Source of the DNA: Methanotrichaceae archaeon
GTDB lineage: Archaea; Halobacteriota; Methanosarcinia; Methanotrichales; Methanotrichaceae
Assembly: GCA_963754945.1 (NCBI GenBank)
Contig: CAVWIG010000035.1
Span: 1-48,259, forward strand
Reading direction: 5' to 3'
DNA: 48,259 nucleotides
This document shows, piece after piece, positions 21,500 to 31,631 of the stretch. The position numbers and the translations under genes are program-made. Numbering within the stretch: position 1 is the first letter of the stretch; the number at the start of each line of letters is the position of its first letter. The notes under the pieces were generated by a model. It made no database searches. It was not told where the DNA came from and saw nothing but the letters and a program-made list of their open reading frames with translations.

Positions 21500-21835
21500 C
21501 TATTTTTGCTGCGTTGCAATATCATCTGGAAATTTTAAGCTCGTATCCTCCACCAGCTCATTTCGACCTGGTGAATTGGATCTGCGCCCCAATTTCGACC
21601 GGCCAAGTCGCCCGTAAAAGCCGTGCCCTCATCCAGGATCTGGCTGCCACTGTCATCCGAGTGCCCAGGCGTGGGGATGGTCTCGTCCTCCATGCCCAAA
21701 CGCGACAGGAACCCTCGGCTGTCTTGAATGCTGAGGTTGAGATTATCATCGAGAGTGATTTCAAGGAAAGGATTGCTCGGTTTCATGTACGCGCGCAGCT
21801 TCGGGATAGAGGGAAGCTGGTTTTCCATGATTCAC
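21500..21835 (-). pseudogene. Second MBL-fold hydrolase fragment (C-terminal half)
   Basis: TPGHSDDS...ILDEG.AFTGDL; shares nucleotide blocks such as TGTCATCCGAGTGCCCAGGCGTGGG with the relic at 19840-20310. Confidence 0.65.
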
Positions 21836-21921
21836 CGATGTTCTGAAGGTTGTAGGATGTTGGATTATGAACAATGCTTATATGCTTTAATGCTCATTCA
21901 ACGTGTATTCAGTGATAGGCC

Positions 21922-22158
21922 ATGAACATCAATCTGGGTGCGCCCTACGAGGCAGCCATAAAGAGCATTATTGAGAAAGGCTATGCAGGAAGCCAGACTG
22001 AGGTTATACGCCAGGCCGTCCTTGCCTACGAGCGTCTAATCGAAGAAGAAGAGCGGGCCCTTGTGCACAAAGCAGTCGAGATAGAGATGGAAGATATCGC
22101 GGCCGGGAAGGGCAAAACCTGTTCTTTTGAGGACATAAAGAAGATCGCCAAGAGTTAG
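21922..22158 (+). CDS. ParD/RHH-like antitoxin
   Basis: MNINLG..YE..I...IEKG.AGS.TEVIRQA; directly upstream of a RelE-like gene. Confidence 0.75.
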   Translation: MNINLGAPYEAAIKSIIEKGYAGSQTEVIRQAVLAYERLIEEEERALVHKAVEIEMEDIAAGKGKTCSFEDIKKIAKS

Positions 22159-22169
22159 CCCTGAGGACT

Positions 22170-22430
22170 ATGGAGCTCATTTTTTCAGACTCTGCCCGAA
22201 AGGAGATGGAGAATCTAGAGCAAGAGCTGAAATCTCTATTCATTAAGCACCTTGAGAAGATGCAAGAGACGCCTCCTCGCAAGCACATGAAGTACGGTAT
22301 ACCCTGCCATGTAGAAAAGGTAACCAAGCAAGCAAGAATAGTCTACGACATAAAAGGAAAACAAATCTATATACTTCACTTCTTCTCCAACCACAAGGAG
22401 TATGAGCGGTGGTATAAATCGTATAAGTAG
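22170..22430 (+). CDS. RelE-like toxin
   Basis: MELIFSDSARKE...L, ARIVYDI....IYILH...HKEY. Confidence 0.7.
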   Translation: MELIFSDSARKEMENLEQELKSLFIKHLEKMQETPPRKHMKYGIPCHVEKVTKQARIVYDIKGKQIYILHFFSNHKEYERWYKSYK

Positions 22431-22495
22431 AGCAGAGTTGCCTTTTGCAAAATGGTATTTGATCGTCCCGACTTCCAAACTAACAACTCCTGTAT

Positions 22496-22861
22496 TTAGC
22501 CGGATCGTTCATAAATCCATTCGGTCTCCTTCATCAAAGTCCTGCCAAGCCTTCCCGTATCGTATCTTTTATCTTCTGCCATTCTTCAGCCGTGTAAATC
22601 AATAGATCAGAAGACACTGGAAGCTCTGATATATCCCAATCCTCTGCCCTTCGCTCTATGGGTTTTCGGAGCTATCCAGAATTGCGATTACATCCAGATC
22701 GCTTCCCACGCCCAGTCGTCCCTCGCGTAGGAACCGAAATAGCTTATCTTCTGGACGTCTTCTCTCCCGGAGCCCTTCTCTATCTAGAGCCGCACTGCCG
22801 AATCCACAACTTGCTTATTGGGCCATTTGAGAACCGACGAACTCAAGGATCGAACGGGCAT
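22496..22861 (-). pseudogene. Minimal nucleotidyltransferase (MNT) relic, overlapped by the C-terminal remnant of a HEPN partner
   Basis: MPVRSLSSSVLKWP..*..YFGSYARDDW-VGSDLDVI..LPV..DLLIYT.EEW with stop and frameshifts. An overlapping frame reads YARSILEFVGSQMAQ*, typical of a HEPN tail. Confidence 0.7.
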
Positions 22862-22965
22862 ACTTATGGCCTTCTCAGATGCGAGCATTTTACGACTTGC
22901 GAATCTATATGCGTTTATATTAGCCATTTAAAAAGAAAATAAAAATAGGTGGAAAGGCAGGCGGC

Positions 22966-23103
22966 TCACTTGATCTTTTTCTCGAGCTTCTTGAGCTTCT
23001 TCTTGGCGGATTCGCTACCCAAAGCTGCCTGCTTCGATAGCTCTTCTGCCTTGGCCTTCTTCGCTTTGTTCAGCTTCTCCATCTGTTTCTTACTCGTTGG
23101 CAT
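22966..23103 (-). CDS. 45-aa lysine-rich small protein
   Basis: MPTSKKQMEKLNKAKKAKAEELSKQAALGSESAKKKLKKLEKKIK*, preceded by GAGGTGA RBS, followed by a T-rich tract. Confidence 0.7.
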   Translation of the reverse strand: MPTSKKQMEKLNKAKKAKAEELSKQAALGSESAKKKLKKLEKKIK

Positions 23104-23430
23104 ACAGTCACCTCGCTACGCCTTTGGCTGATTTCTCTTTAGCTTTTTCCGTCTTAAAAATATCCCTGTATCGTTGTACCAGCCTAACGTGGTCGGTTTT
23201 TTCATCGATGACATAAGGTGGCCCACATTACCAGGATGGCAGGCCATAATGTGACACTACTATTTTACTTGATGGGTACTTGATGGAGCGAGAGGAGAGA
23301 GAAGACCAGGACTCTTAAAATAGGAAAAACTCCAAAAATTGCATGGCTTAAAGGCGCCCATGCATTTTCTTTCCGCGGTCGCGGACTATATGTCAGATTG
23401 AATCGGATCTATTAAGGAATAAATCAATCG

Positions 23431-23616
23431 TTAGTATCTTCTGGGCGGCTTCGCTGGCCTGTGCTTCTGGTAGCACTCGCTGCAGTATACCGGCCTTGAT
23501 CCATCTGGCTTGAAGGGGACCTGGGTTTGCTTACCGCATTCTGAACAAGTTACGTCGGTCATTTCTCTCGGGCCTCTGTTGAAGCCACCTCTGCTGCTTC
23601 CGTAATTTCCTTCCAT
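23431..23616 (-). CDS. CxxC-x17-CxxC zinc-ribbon protein
   Basis: PREM..V.CSECG....VPFKP...RPVYCSECY; Gly/Arg-rich N-terminus. Confidence 0.92.
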   Translation of the reverse strand: MEGNYGSSRGGFNRGPREMTDVTCSECGKQTQVPFKPDGSRPVYCSECYQKHRPAKPPRRY

Positions 23617-23799
23617 TTATTTCACTTACCTTTTGTATCGATTCAAAGAATCGACCATGCTACAAAAACATCTCAACAACCTGAATCGACGCTATGCAGC
23701 TTTTTATAAAATGTGTTGGTAGATGATATACTTTACGGTCTAATCCAGGATCCGCCAAATCCGAAGGCAGGTACACCAATGAATCGATAAACGCGGCTC

Positions 23800-24660
23800 T
23801 TATCTGTCCTTGAACATTAAGACTGCTTTCCTGGTGTGCTCGATGAAGATGTCAATAACACCATCGTTCTCTCCCAGTCCTTTCAAGATCACTTCTGTAT
23901 GGAATCCCTCTCGATCAAAGACGCCCATCCAGGATTTGGCCGAGTCTCCGGCAAGATCCTCCAGTGCATGTCCTCCGGCCACCAGGAGGAAGGGCATCAA
24001 TACGACCTTCTTGGCCCCGGATTTCTTCGTCTGCGAGAGAACCTCATCGATCCCAGGAAAGCCCTCCAGTGTGCCTAGAAAGACGTTCTTGTGATCGTTT
24101 TCCAGAACTCTTGCCATCAGAGAGTAAAATCTGTCCGCTGGGCCGGTGGTTCCATGTCCCATAAGAACAAAGGCCACATCGCTCGGATATGCTGAATTCT
24201 CAGTATCATGATCCTGTCCTCCGATTTTTGTTACTTGGAATTCAGGCTGAAGGGCTTTGGAGACTTTCATGCAATCTTCCAAACTGAAGAGCAGCGGCAT
24301 TCCTATCTCAAGGTTCCCGGACAATGACTTTTCCAGTAAGTTCTTTGGTCCATGGACTTGGACCAAGCTGGCCATCCGTTGGAACTCGCTGCCCGGGATC
24401 AAATGAAGGAACTGAGCAACTACGTTTCTGCATCCCTGATTACGTAGCTCAGCCAGGACGCTGAGTGTATCATGAAAGAAGATCCCTTGTTTTTCCGATA
24501 GCACTCGCTTTATGAAGTCGGACGTGAAGGCAAGCCGCACATCGGCACCTGGAAAAGCCTTGACGTAGTCGGATCTGATCTTTTCGTAGGTATTCCACGC
24601 TTGCGAGTTGAGGGTACCGTAGGTTACGAGGGCAATCCCTATCTTTTCATCAGGCGACAT
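23800..24660 (-). CDS. cbiK: Sirohydrochlorin cobaltochelatase (CbiK type)
   Basis: LVTYGT, AFTS, HLIPG.EF, LMGHGT, GTLEG.P, PFLLVAG.H..ED.AG, GLGE. Confidence 0.9.
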   Translation of the reverse strand: MSPDEKIGIALVTYGTLNSQAWNTYEKIRSDYVKAFPGADVRLAFTSDFIKRVLSEKQGIFFHDTLSVLAELRNQGCRNVVAQFLHLIPGSEFQRMASLVQVHGPKNLLEKSLSGNLEIGMPLLFSLEDCMKVSKALQPEFQVTKIGGQDHDTENSAYPSDVAFVLMGHGTTGPADRFYSLMARVLENDHKNVFLGTLEGFPGIDEVLSQTKKSGAKKVVLMPFLLVAGGHALEDLAGDSAKSWMGVFDREGFHTEVILKGLGENDGVIDIFIEHTRKAVLMFKDR

Positions 24661-25029
24661 TCATGCTCCTGTCAATGACATCAAGAGAACACCAATAGAG
24701 AATAAGCATACTTAAGACTCAAAGTCATTTATCTCTTTGATATGATTCGCCTGTGAATCGTACCAAATTGCCGAAACGTAGGTTGCATAATAAGAAAGCT
24801 TTTGTTCATCATACTCCTGGCCCGACCTCTGAATATGAGATTGCTCCTTTCAGTCAAAGATATAAATCAGTAATGCCGAGTTCTCCACCATGCCAATTAG
24901 TTCCATAATCCTCTACGCGGTTCTATTCCTGATTGCGTTCTTGATCTCCCGAATGATTATGAAGATCATGCGCGGATACTGACATCCAGCGACAGGCTTA
25001 ATATTTATGATATTGTAAATACTATTATT

Positions 25030-26298
25030 ATGTGCCCCCAAGTACTGGCGACCGTCGGCGGAAGCGGAACAAGGCTATACCCGCTCACACTGAACCAGCC
25101 TAAACCGTTGGTTGAATTATGCGACACTGCCATAATAGCCGTCCTGTTCAGGCTGCTGGCGGTTCAGGGCTGCCGCAGATTCATTCTAGGAAGCAGAGGC
25201 GCGAACAACACCCTGGAGCTCTCCAACTACTTCAAAGCAGGGGAAGGTTTCTTCAAGCGGTTGGGCATAAGCGATCCGGATGGATTCTGCTACCAACCCC
25301 AGTACGATGATAGAGGAAGCGCAGACTCCCTTCGGTATAACATCAACTACTTCGATATAAACGACGATATCCTGGTCGTCTCTGGGGACAACCTGATCGA
25401 TATAGATCTTAAAAAGTTCATCGAGTTCCACCACCAGCATAAACCAGTCCTGACTGTAGCAGTAAAGCAGATGGGGCCAGGAGAAAACTTCTCCCAGTAC
25501 GGAGTTGCAGATATCGATGATGACCTCCGCATAAAGAGTTTTGTCGAGAAGCCCAAGAGCGGCACCGAGCCTTCCAGGATGATCAACACCGCGTTCTATC
25601 TATTCTCGCCGGAGATCCGAAAAGTGCTGCACGATATGGGCGATGCTGCCAGGGACATCGGCGGTGACCTGATTCCATACCTGACCGAGCACGGATATGA
25701 TGTCTACGGCTATCCGATCACTGGTTACTGGATAGACATAGGCACTCCTGAACGGTTGCACCAGGCGGCCATGGACGTCCTGGCAGGCGATGTAAAGCAC
25801 TTCACTCTTCGCCATGAGTATAAGCCCCATCAATGGATACATCCAAGCACTCTATCCAAGATCCAAAAGGATCTGGACACAGGAGAAATCGAGCTTCTAG
25901 GCAACGTATCCATCGGCAGGAACTGCCGCATCGAGCGGGGCACTGTCATAGAGGACTCCCACATCGGCCACACGAGCATGATCGAGAGGGACGTGGAGAT
26001 CAGAAAGAGCATGGTAATGAGCTTCTCCAACATCAAGCGTGGCGTGATCGCAAAAAGGACCATCGTGGGAAGGCATTCCACCATCGGGACCAACTGCGTG
26101 CTGGACGCAGATCAGCCCCACGCCAACGGCAGGATACCGGTTATCGGGGAGGATGTGATTCTGCCGGCTGAGTCCACAGTGCTGCCTGGGACAAGGGTTG
26201 CACCGCTGAAGTACAGCCATAGAGTCCTCGCTACGGGAAGGTTCGCCGAGCTAGGAATTGACGATCGGAATATCTATTTCACAGAAAAGATTCGCTGA
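25030..26298 (+). CDS. NDP-sugar synthase (sugar-1-phosphate nucleotidyltransferase with hexapeptide C-terminus)
   Basis: GGSGTRLYPLT...PKPL, GSAD, SGD, YGV, FVEKP, YWIDIGT, left-handed beta-helix repeats. Confidence 0.88.
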   Translation: MCPQVLATVGGSGTRLYPLTLNQPKPLVELCDTAIIAVLFRLLAVQGCRRFILGSRGANNTLELSNYFKAGEGFFKRLGISDPDGFCYQPQYDDRGSADSLRYNINYFDINDDILVVSGDNLIDIDLKKFIEFHHQHKPVLTVAVKQMGPGENFSQYGVADIDDDLRIKSFVEKPKSGTEPSRMINTAFYLFSPEIRKVLHDMGDAARDIGGDLIPYLTEHGYDVYGYPITGYWIDIGTPERLHQAAMDVLAGDVKHFTLRHEYKPHQWIHPSTLSKIQKDLDTGEIELLGNVSIGRNCRIERGTVIEDSHIGHTSMIERDVEIRKSMVMSFSNIKRGVIAKRTIVGRHSTIGTNCVLDADQPHANGRIPVIGEDVILPAESTVLPGTRVAPLKYSHRVLATGRFAELGIDDRNIYFTEKIR

Positions 26299-26311
26299 GG
26301 GATATTGGGCG

Positions 26312-26557
26312 CTACCAGTAGCGCTCCCAACCACCGTTCGCCTTTCTTATCTTGAACTTCTTGTCGTTCTCTAACAGGAATCTGTTGAGATCTTGGGCAT
26401 CCTTGAAGAGACGCTTATCCCTAAGGTTGCTATAGATATCCTCGGAAGTAAAGCCCTTGAGGTTCCCTCGGCCATAGACTATCCGTTCTATTGTATAATA
26501 GAGGTCGTCAAACTTTCTCATGGGATAGGTAATCTCCGTGAATCTCATCTGCGCCAC
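26312..26557 (-). CDS. Hypothetical small protein
   Basis: Fills the gap between flanking genes; plausible composition. Confidence 0.55.
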   Translation of the reverse strand: MAQMRFTEITYPMRKFDDLYYTIERIVYGRGNLKGFTSEDIYSNLRDKRLFKDAQDLNRFLLENDKKFKIRKANGGWERYW

Positions 26558-26635
26558 CTATTACCCTTCAAGGCTTCGCCGGTTAAGAATCTTTCGTTTG
26601 ACGAGAAAGATTTTCATCGATAAGGTCAACCCTCT

Positions 26636-27178
26636 TTGATGAATCTCGATATAATTCACTCCAAAATATTGTCGTGCCAGCTTTGCGATCTCGCTCTTGG
26701 TAGGACCAAGGCCGTCCCTGGCGAGGGCCCCTGTCCCGCAGGAATCATGCTTGTGGGGGAGGCTCCAGGAGCCGATGAAGACGTCACCGGTCGGCCCTTC
26801 GTGGGCAGGGCTGGGCGCTTGTTAGATCGATCATTGGGTCTTGCGGGCATCAATAGGTCAGAGGTCTTCATAACCAGTGTAGTTAAATGTCGCCCGCCGC
26901 TCAACAGAAAGCCCAAGAGAATCGAGATAGAGTCCTGTCACAACTACCTTCAATCTCAGATCGATCTGGTGCACCCAAGAGTCATCGGACTGATGGGAAA
27001 TGTGGCAGTTGGGGCACTGCTGAATCTTCAGGGTGTAACCGCTCTTCGCGGTCGTATCCTTCAAGGTCGGTTTCTCGTCACATTTCATCCGGCAGCGGTC
27101 CTCAGGAATAATAACCTTCAGGAAGCTTTTGTCTCTGACCTGAAAAAGATCAAGGAAATGGGATTTGGCGACCAATAG
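26636..27178 (+). CDS. udg: Uracil-DNA glycosylase, family 4 (Fe-S)
   Basis: C..C.L, VGEAPG..ED..GRPFVG.AG, VKCRPP.NR.P, TFHPAA.LR. Confidence 0.95.
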   Translation: MMNLDIIHSKILSCQLCDLALGRTKAVPGEGPCPAGIMLVGEAPGADEDVTGRPFVGRAGRLLDRSLGLAGINRSEVFITSVVKCRPPLNRKPKRIEIESCHNYLQSQIDLVHPRVIGLMGNVAVGALLNLQGVTALRGRILQGRFLVTFHPAAVLRNNNLQEAFVSDLKKIKEMGFGDQ

Positions 27179-27336
27179 ATTTTTCCTTTTTTGAGCCAGC
27201 GGGACAAAAGTTATATCATAATTTTCGTCGATCCTCGATCCGTATGATGTGTTATCAGTTAGCAACTGCATAGCCAAAAAACCATAATCTCATTTTTTAT
27301 AGATCCAGACTACATTCAACAGCGAAGGTATCTCCC

Positions 27337-27831
27337 TTGTACAGCCTGACCTACGACCTCTGGAACATCATAGTCGATGAGGCAGTAGATGCCTATTCAC
27401 CCCTCTTCGAGGAAATGCAACGTACAGCGAACGGCATCAGCCTTTCTAAGTCCTTGGTGGACAAGCTCAAGCAGGAAGGCGCAATGGACGTCGTAGACGA
27501 AACCCTGCATTTTCTGCTAGCCATCGAGCTCTACGATGACGGGATTGGAGGCTTCAAGATTTCCTTAATGATCTCTGAGAACCTGGAAGCCTTTGAGGAG
27601 ATTAAAGAGAGAGCAGCAGCAGCCCATGATGTCACCTTTGAGGATATCAGAAATTTCGAGGCAGAGCACGGAATGAATATGGCCGAGGAGATATTGGATA
27701 GGATTGAAGAGAGGTACTCAGTCTACACCGAGGAGACCGGCGAAGATGTTATTTTTGAGCTGGTGGTCTTCGACAGCGAGGACATCGATAGTAACAACCT
27801 GATAGGCAATGGAGCCTGGACTAGCGAATAG
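27337..27831 (+). CDS. Acidic hypothetical protein
   Basis: 164-aa D/E-rich ORF filling the gap; no motif recognised. Confidence 0.6.
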   Translation: MYSLTYDLWNIIVDEAVDAYSPLFEEMQRTANGISLSKSLVDKLKQEGAMDVVDETLHFLLAIELYDDGIGGFKISLMISENLEAFEEIKERAAAAHDVTFEDIRNFEAEHGMNMAEEILDRIEERYSVYTEETGEDVIFELVVFDSEDIDSNNLIGNGAWTSE

Positions 27832-27925
27832 CTGAAGGTTCAAACTCTTGTTTTGCGCCTTACATATTATAAAATATGGACTGGTTCGCCATCATGGGCG
27901 TCCAATCAGAACTTAGCGGTTTAAA

Positions 27926-29389
27926 CTATGGACTTCGTCTTGGGTCCGATCTAGCACATCTGCCGGTGGCCAACACCGCCGATGCTCCGGGCCTGGCCAG
28001 CTCTTCCTCCAGAAGACACCGAATCTCGTCTTCCGAAAGAGGGAGCTGTATCGAGCGAGTTGGCACCAGAGCCTCCAGAAGACCGGTTAGATCCGGCGCT
28101 TCCTGGCCGCCGGTGGTAGCTGCTACGCCGTTCTGGAGCAAGACCACTAGAACGTTTCTCTTCTGCCAGACTGCATTCACGAGGCCAGCTAGGCCGGTGT
28201 GGGCAAAGGCAAAGTCGCCGATCACGGCAACTCCTTTTTTCCTGAAGCCTGAAGCCACCCCAATGGACGAACCGAGGCCGTAGACAACGTCCACGAAACT
28301 GTACGGCTCACGGGTCGCGCGGATGGCACAGCCTGCATCACCCGCAACCGGAACATCCAACTTCTTCAGAGCCTTGTATAGGGGAATAAAAGGACAGTCG
28401 TCACAGATCCCCTTGAAGCCGCGTTCCGCAACGCTTTCATAGACCGGAGGCTTGCCTTCTGCTCTATCCTTTCCGAGGTCTTCTAGCGCTTTGATCAAGT
28501 CGGATCTCTCTAGCGAACCGAACGGCAGATGACCGGTTAGCTTTCCTCTGACTTTAGGGCTCAAACTTAACTGGGACTCAATGAAAGGCTCCGGCTCCTC
28601 CGCAACCAGGACCTGGCTGTGACCATCGATGAAGCGTCGGATCAAATTACAGGGCAATGGATGCGCATAACCCAGAGATAAAAGAGAGACTCCCAACCCC
28701 TCCCCCAGAGCGGCAGGAAAACCACTGGCGATTATCCCCACGTCACCTGATGTCTGTAGAAGGTTGAGATCAGTGACCTCAGAAGCTTCTTGTGCCAAAG
28801 GCTGGACTTCAAGATGCTGCTTCTGATGCCTACCACGAGCGGTCAGATCCCAGGCAGCCTTATCGAATACCTGGCCAGTGCCCTTCAGGGGTGTTGAAGT
28901 AGGAGCCCGACCCCTCGCAGACATCAGGCGGTGAGTAATCCTGACTATCACGGGAATCCTCAAGCTTTCCGATAGACGATATGCCTCCTGAATAGAACTG
29001 TAGAGTGCTGCAGGATCTTTAGGGTCCAGGACCGGCAGCACAGTCAGGGGACCATAGAACCGACTATCCATCTCCGATTGTGATTTTCTGGGGCCCAGGT
29101 CGTCTCCGACGAGTACTACTAGGCCTGATCCAATTGAATGAGTGGCTGAGATAACCAGAGGGTCTGCTAAAACGTTCATGCCCACTTGTTTAACCACAAC
29201 CAAAGAGCGCGCGCCGGTGGCCGAGGCTCCAAGGGCAATCTCCAGAGCAACTTTCTCGTTGACGACGATCTCGGCTCCTAAAGCATCTGCCAATTCGGTT
29301 ATGGGATAACCAGGAACATAAGTGACGACCTCAACCTCGGCATCCCGCACTGCAAGCCTGGCGGCATCAAGGCCGGTAGATCCTTCCAT
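27926..29389 (-). CDS. TPP-dependent IorA-like protein (indolepyruvate oxidoreductase alpha-like, no C-terminal ferredoxin)
   Basis: PGYPITE, VNEKVALE.A.GA, KQVGMNV.ADP, SQSEMDSR, C..CP, GDAGC, IGD..F.HTG, N...ATTGGQ. Confidence 0.85.
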   Translation of the reverse strand: MEGSTGLDAARLAVRDAEVEVVTYVPGYPITELADALGAEIVVNEKVALEIALGASATGARSLVVVKQVGMNVLADPLVISATHSIGSGLVVLVGDDLGPRKSQSEMDSRFYGPLTVLPVLDPKDPAALYSSIQEAYRLSESLRIPVIVRITHRLMSARGRAPTSTPLKGTGQVFDKAAWDLTARGRHQKQHLEVQPLAQEASEVTDLNLLQTSGDVGIIASGFPAALGEGLGVSLLSLGYAHPLPCNLIRRFIDGHSQVLVAEEPEPFIESQLSLSPKVRGKLTGHLPFGSLERSDLIKALEDLGKDRAEGKPPVYESVAERGFKGICDDCPFIPLYKALKKLDVPVAGDAGCAIRATREPYSFVDVVYGLGSSIGVASGFRKKGVAVIGDFAFAHTGLAGLVNAVWQKRNVLVVLLQNGVAATTGGQEAPDLTGLLEALVPTRSIQLPLSEDEIRCLLEEELARPGASAVLATGRCARSDPRRSP

Positions 29390-30300
29390 CAGACACCTGG
29401 AATCACTGACTCATCAGACCTGGAAAAGTAAGGCAGAGCAGCAACAGCTCCGATCAGGCCACGGCCGTTTACGGCTATCTCCACGCCCGCAGCCTTGGCA
29501 GCGGACAATGCATCTTCGTATGTCAATCGCTCCTTTTTGCACCGGAGAGCATAAGGCATCAGGGCCGAAGGGTCAAAGCCCCGATAAACGGCCATGCCGG
29601 TATTCTCAGATACGCTGTACTCCTGAAGAAGGGCCTTGAAGTCCTTCAGAAAGCCGTCTGTTCTGCCAGGCATACAGGCGAACTCCACTGCCGTCGATAC
29701 GCAGTTCTGGGTCTTGGTGGGCACAGGAAAGAGCTGGACCAACGAGTGAGAGAGATATCTCGCCTCATGCCTGTCCACCTCGGAGGCTATGTTGTGGATG
29801 AGACACCACGTGGCTCCCGTGGTCTTATTGTCAGTATCATCCACGCCGATGACAACTCGTTCCCTTCTTGGAACGACTATGGTGCCCCTGGCCACCTTTC
29901 CGCCGCCGCTCTCAGTCACTTCGTAGCGTCTCACATCCCCTGCCCTGGCCCGTGTGAGGGTAGCTCCCACGCCACCACCGCCAAGCCCGGCATAGGTTAT
30001 CTCTATCTCGTCGCCCTTGACCTGAACGGACTCTATTCCTGCCGACCTCTTGGAGGATACAAGATCCAGATCCGCTGTTCCCGGCCGGACTATGTAGCGG
30101 AACCACTCGCCCAGAGCCCGCGAGCTTTGAATCAGGGCTCCCTTGGTGTAATGGTACCTGGCCCAGGCCGATCCACCGTAGCAGGTGGACCGCTCCAGGA
30201 TCTCAACCAGATCTCCGTCAGGGTCTGCTATGGCGTGAATTTGCTTATAGACAACGACGTAGGGGTCCTTCAGGTTCTGCACAGTCACTCCTCTTAACAC
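29389..30300 (-). CDS. mmp11: Methanogenesis marker protein 11 (TiaS-like domain)
   Basis: DPY.V.Y..I, C.GG..W...HY, AGIESV, YAGLGGGGVGA, VIGVDDTD...GATW, VQLFP..KTQNC, GLIGAVAAL. Confidence 0.85.
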   Translation of the reverse strand: MLRGVTVQNLKDPYVVVYKQIHAIADPDGDLVEILERSTCYGGSAWARYHYTKGALIQSSRALGEWFRYIVRPGTADLDLVSSKRSAGIESVQVKGDEIEITYAGLGGGGVGATLTRARAGDVRRYEVTESGGGKVARGTIVVPRRERVVIGVDDTDNKTTGATWCLIHNIASEVDRHEARYLSHSLVQLFPVPTKTQNCVSTAVEFACMPGRTDGFLKDFKALLQEYSVSENTGMAVYRGFDPSALMPYALRCKKERLTYEDALSAAKAAGVEIAVNGRGLIGAVAALPYFSRSDESVIPGV

Positions 30301-30332
30301 CTCGAGTTAGGCCAATGTTCTGTCTTGGATGA

Positions 30333-31625
30333 CTACTGCTCTTCCATAAGGCTACCGGTTTTCGTGTACTCACGGAGGACGACTGTGGCGTAGCTCCCTT
30401 TGGGCAGGAAGAACTCAAGCTCGGCACAGTTTCCGTCGACCATCACGCTTGGAGCAACCTGTAGCAATGCCGTACGCCTGTTTCCCCTGGAACCGAGGTC
30501 CGGGTTGTCAGGTATCCTGAAGCCCTCCTGAGTGACACCTTCTTCCCCAAGGACCTCTTCCTCGATCCGGCCCTCCTCGCCCTCGGCAAGGCTGGACTCA
30601 AAGCCGAAGAGAGGCAGGGTCACCCAGGCTCTCCCCCGATCGATCAGCCTATTAACTGCATCCAGGTTGTCCTGAGTAACCGCCTGGGCTTTTTCATGGT
30701 CTGGGAGGCCTCCCTTGGCAAAGCACACAACATCTCCATCGATTGCCCTGTCCAGCGGCAGGCCTTCTGCCATCCTGCGGCTCAGGATGCGGTTGAAGAT
30801 ATAGGACTGATAGGCATGGACGAACATGTGTCGCAGATTGGGCGAGAGCACATTAAAAGAGCCTGCATAATCCTCAGGCCTCTCGACAAGGTAGTTGAGC
30901 ATGGCCAGCTCATAGCGCAGGTAGCCTGGATAAGTTTTTAGAGCCTTCCTTACATCCCTTTCATCCCAGAGAATCTGTCTCGTGTTTCGAGTGGCTACGG
31001 GCTCGTCTGAAAAAGGCATAGCCAGGTAGGTGAAGACAGCCTCTTCCGTCTTCCCGCGAACCAGGGCTTCGCCCACTTTGTGGGTGACTGGCCGAATTTC
31101 TCCAAACCGCTGAGTGCCGAAATAATTGGGTACGCCCAACAGATTCCGGATCTCCTCTGTTATTCTTGCGAGTCTAGATGGCAAATCCCGACAGTTCATC
31201 TCTTTAATCTTGATTTTGAACCTATTCCCAAGGAGATCCCCAAGACCCACGCCCCGGTTTGTCCTTCCAAGGACTCGTATTTTGATGTCGGGAAGAGTTA
31301 TCCTTGCCAGCTCGGACTCGTCCAAGTTCATTATGCTTATTCGTTGCCTCGTTACAGCATGTTTGTCCTTGGTACCCGCCCAGCCGAACCGTTTCTGGCT
31401 GATTCGAAGTTGACCTGACAGCTCCCTTATAAGGTGGTGTGTGTCCCAGTCTTTCTTCTCGACCTCAAGGACTAGATACCTTCCACCTTCATAGTTGAAG
31501 TCCGGATAGACCTCATCCACCTGAAAGTCCTCAGCGCTTGAACGCAGAATGCCCCCACAACCACCTGCATCCGTAGCGTAAAAATCCATTCCCAGGTTTC
31601 TATCTTGCTCCGACGCGGTTATCAT
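30333..31625 (-). CDS. truD: tRNA pseudouridine(13) synthase
   Basis: EDF.V.E, AGTKDK.AVT.Q, GNRF.I, PNYFG.QRFG, HAYQS..FN, F.LPKGSYAT.VLRE. Confidence 0.97.
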   Translation of the reverse strand: MITASEQDRNLGMDFYATDAGGCGGILRSSAEDFQVDEVYPDFNYEGGRYLVLEVEKKDWDTHHLIRELSGQLRISQKRFGWAGTKDKHAVTRQRISIMNLDESELARITLPDIKIRVLGRTNRGVGLGDLLGNRFKIKIKEMNCRDLPSRLARITEEIRNLLGVPNYFGTQRFGEIRPVTHKVGEALVRGKTEEAVFTYLAMPFSDEPVATRNTRQILWDERDVRKALKTYPGYLRYELAMLNYLVERPEDYAGSFNVLSPNLRHMFVHAYQSYIFNRILSRRMAEGLPLDRAIDGDVVCFAKGGLPDHEKAQAVTQDNLDAVNRLIDRGRAWVTLPLFGFESSLAEGEEGRIEEEVLGEEGVTQEGFRIPDNPDLGSRGNRRTALLQVAPSVMVDGNCAELEFFLPKGSYATVVLREYTKTGSLMEEQ

Positions 31626-31631
31626 CTTGCC

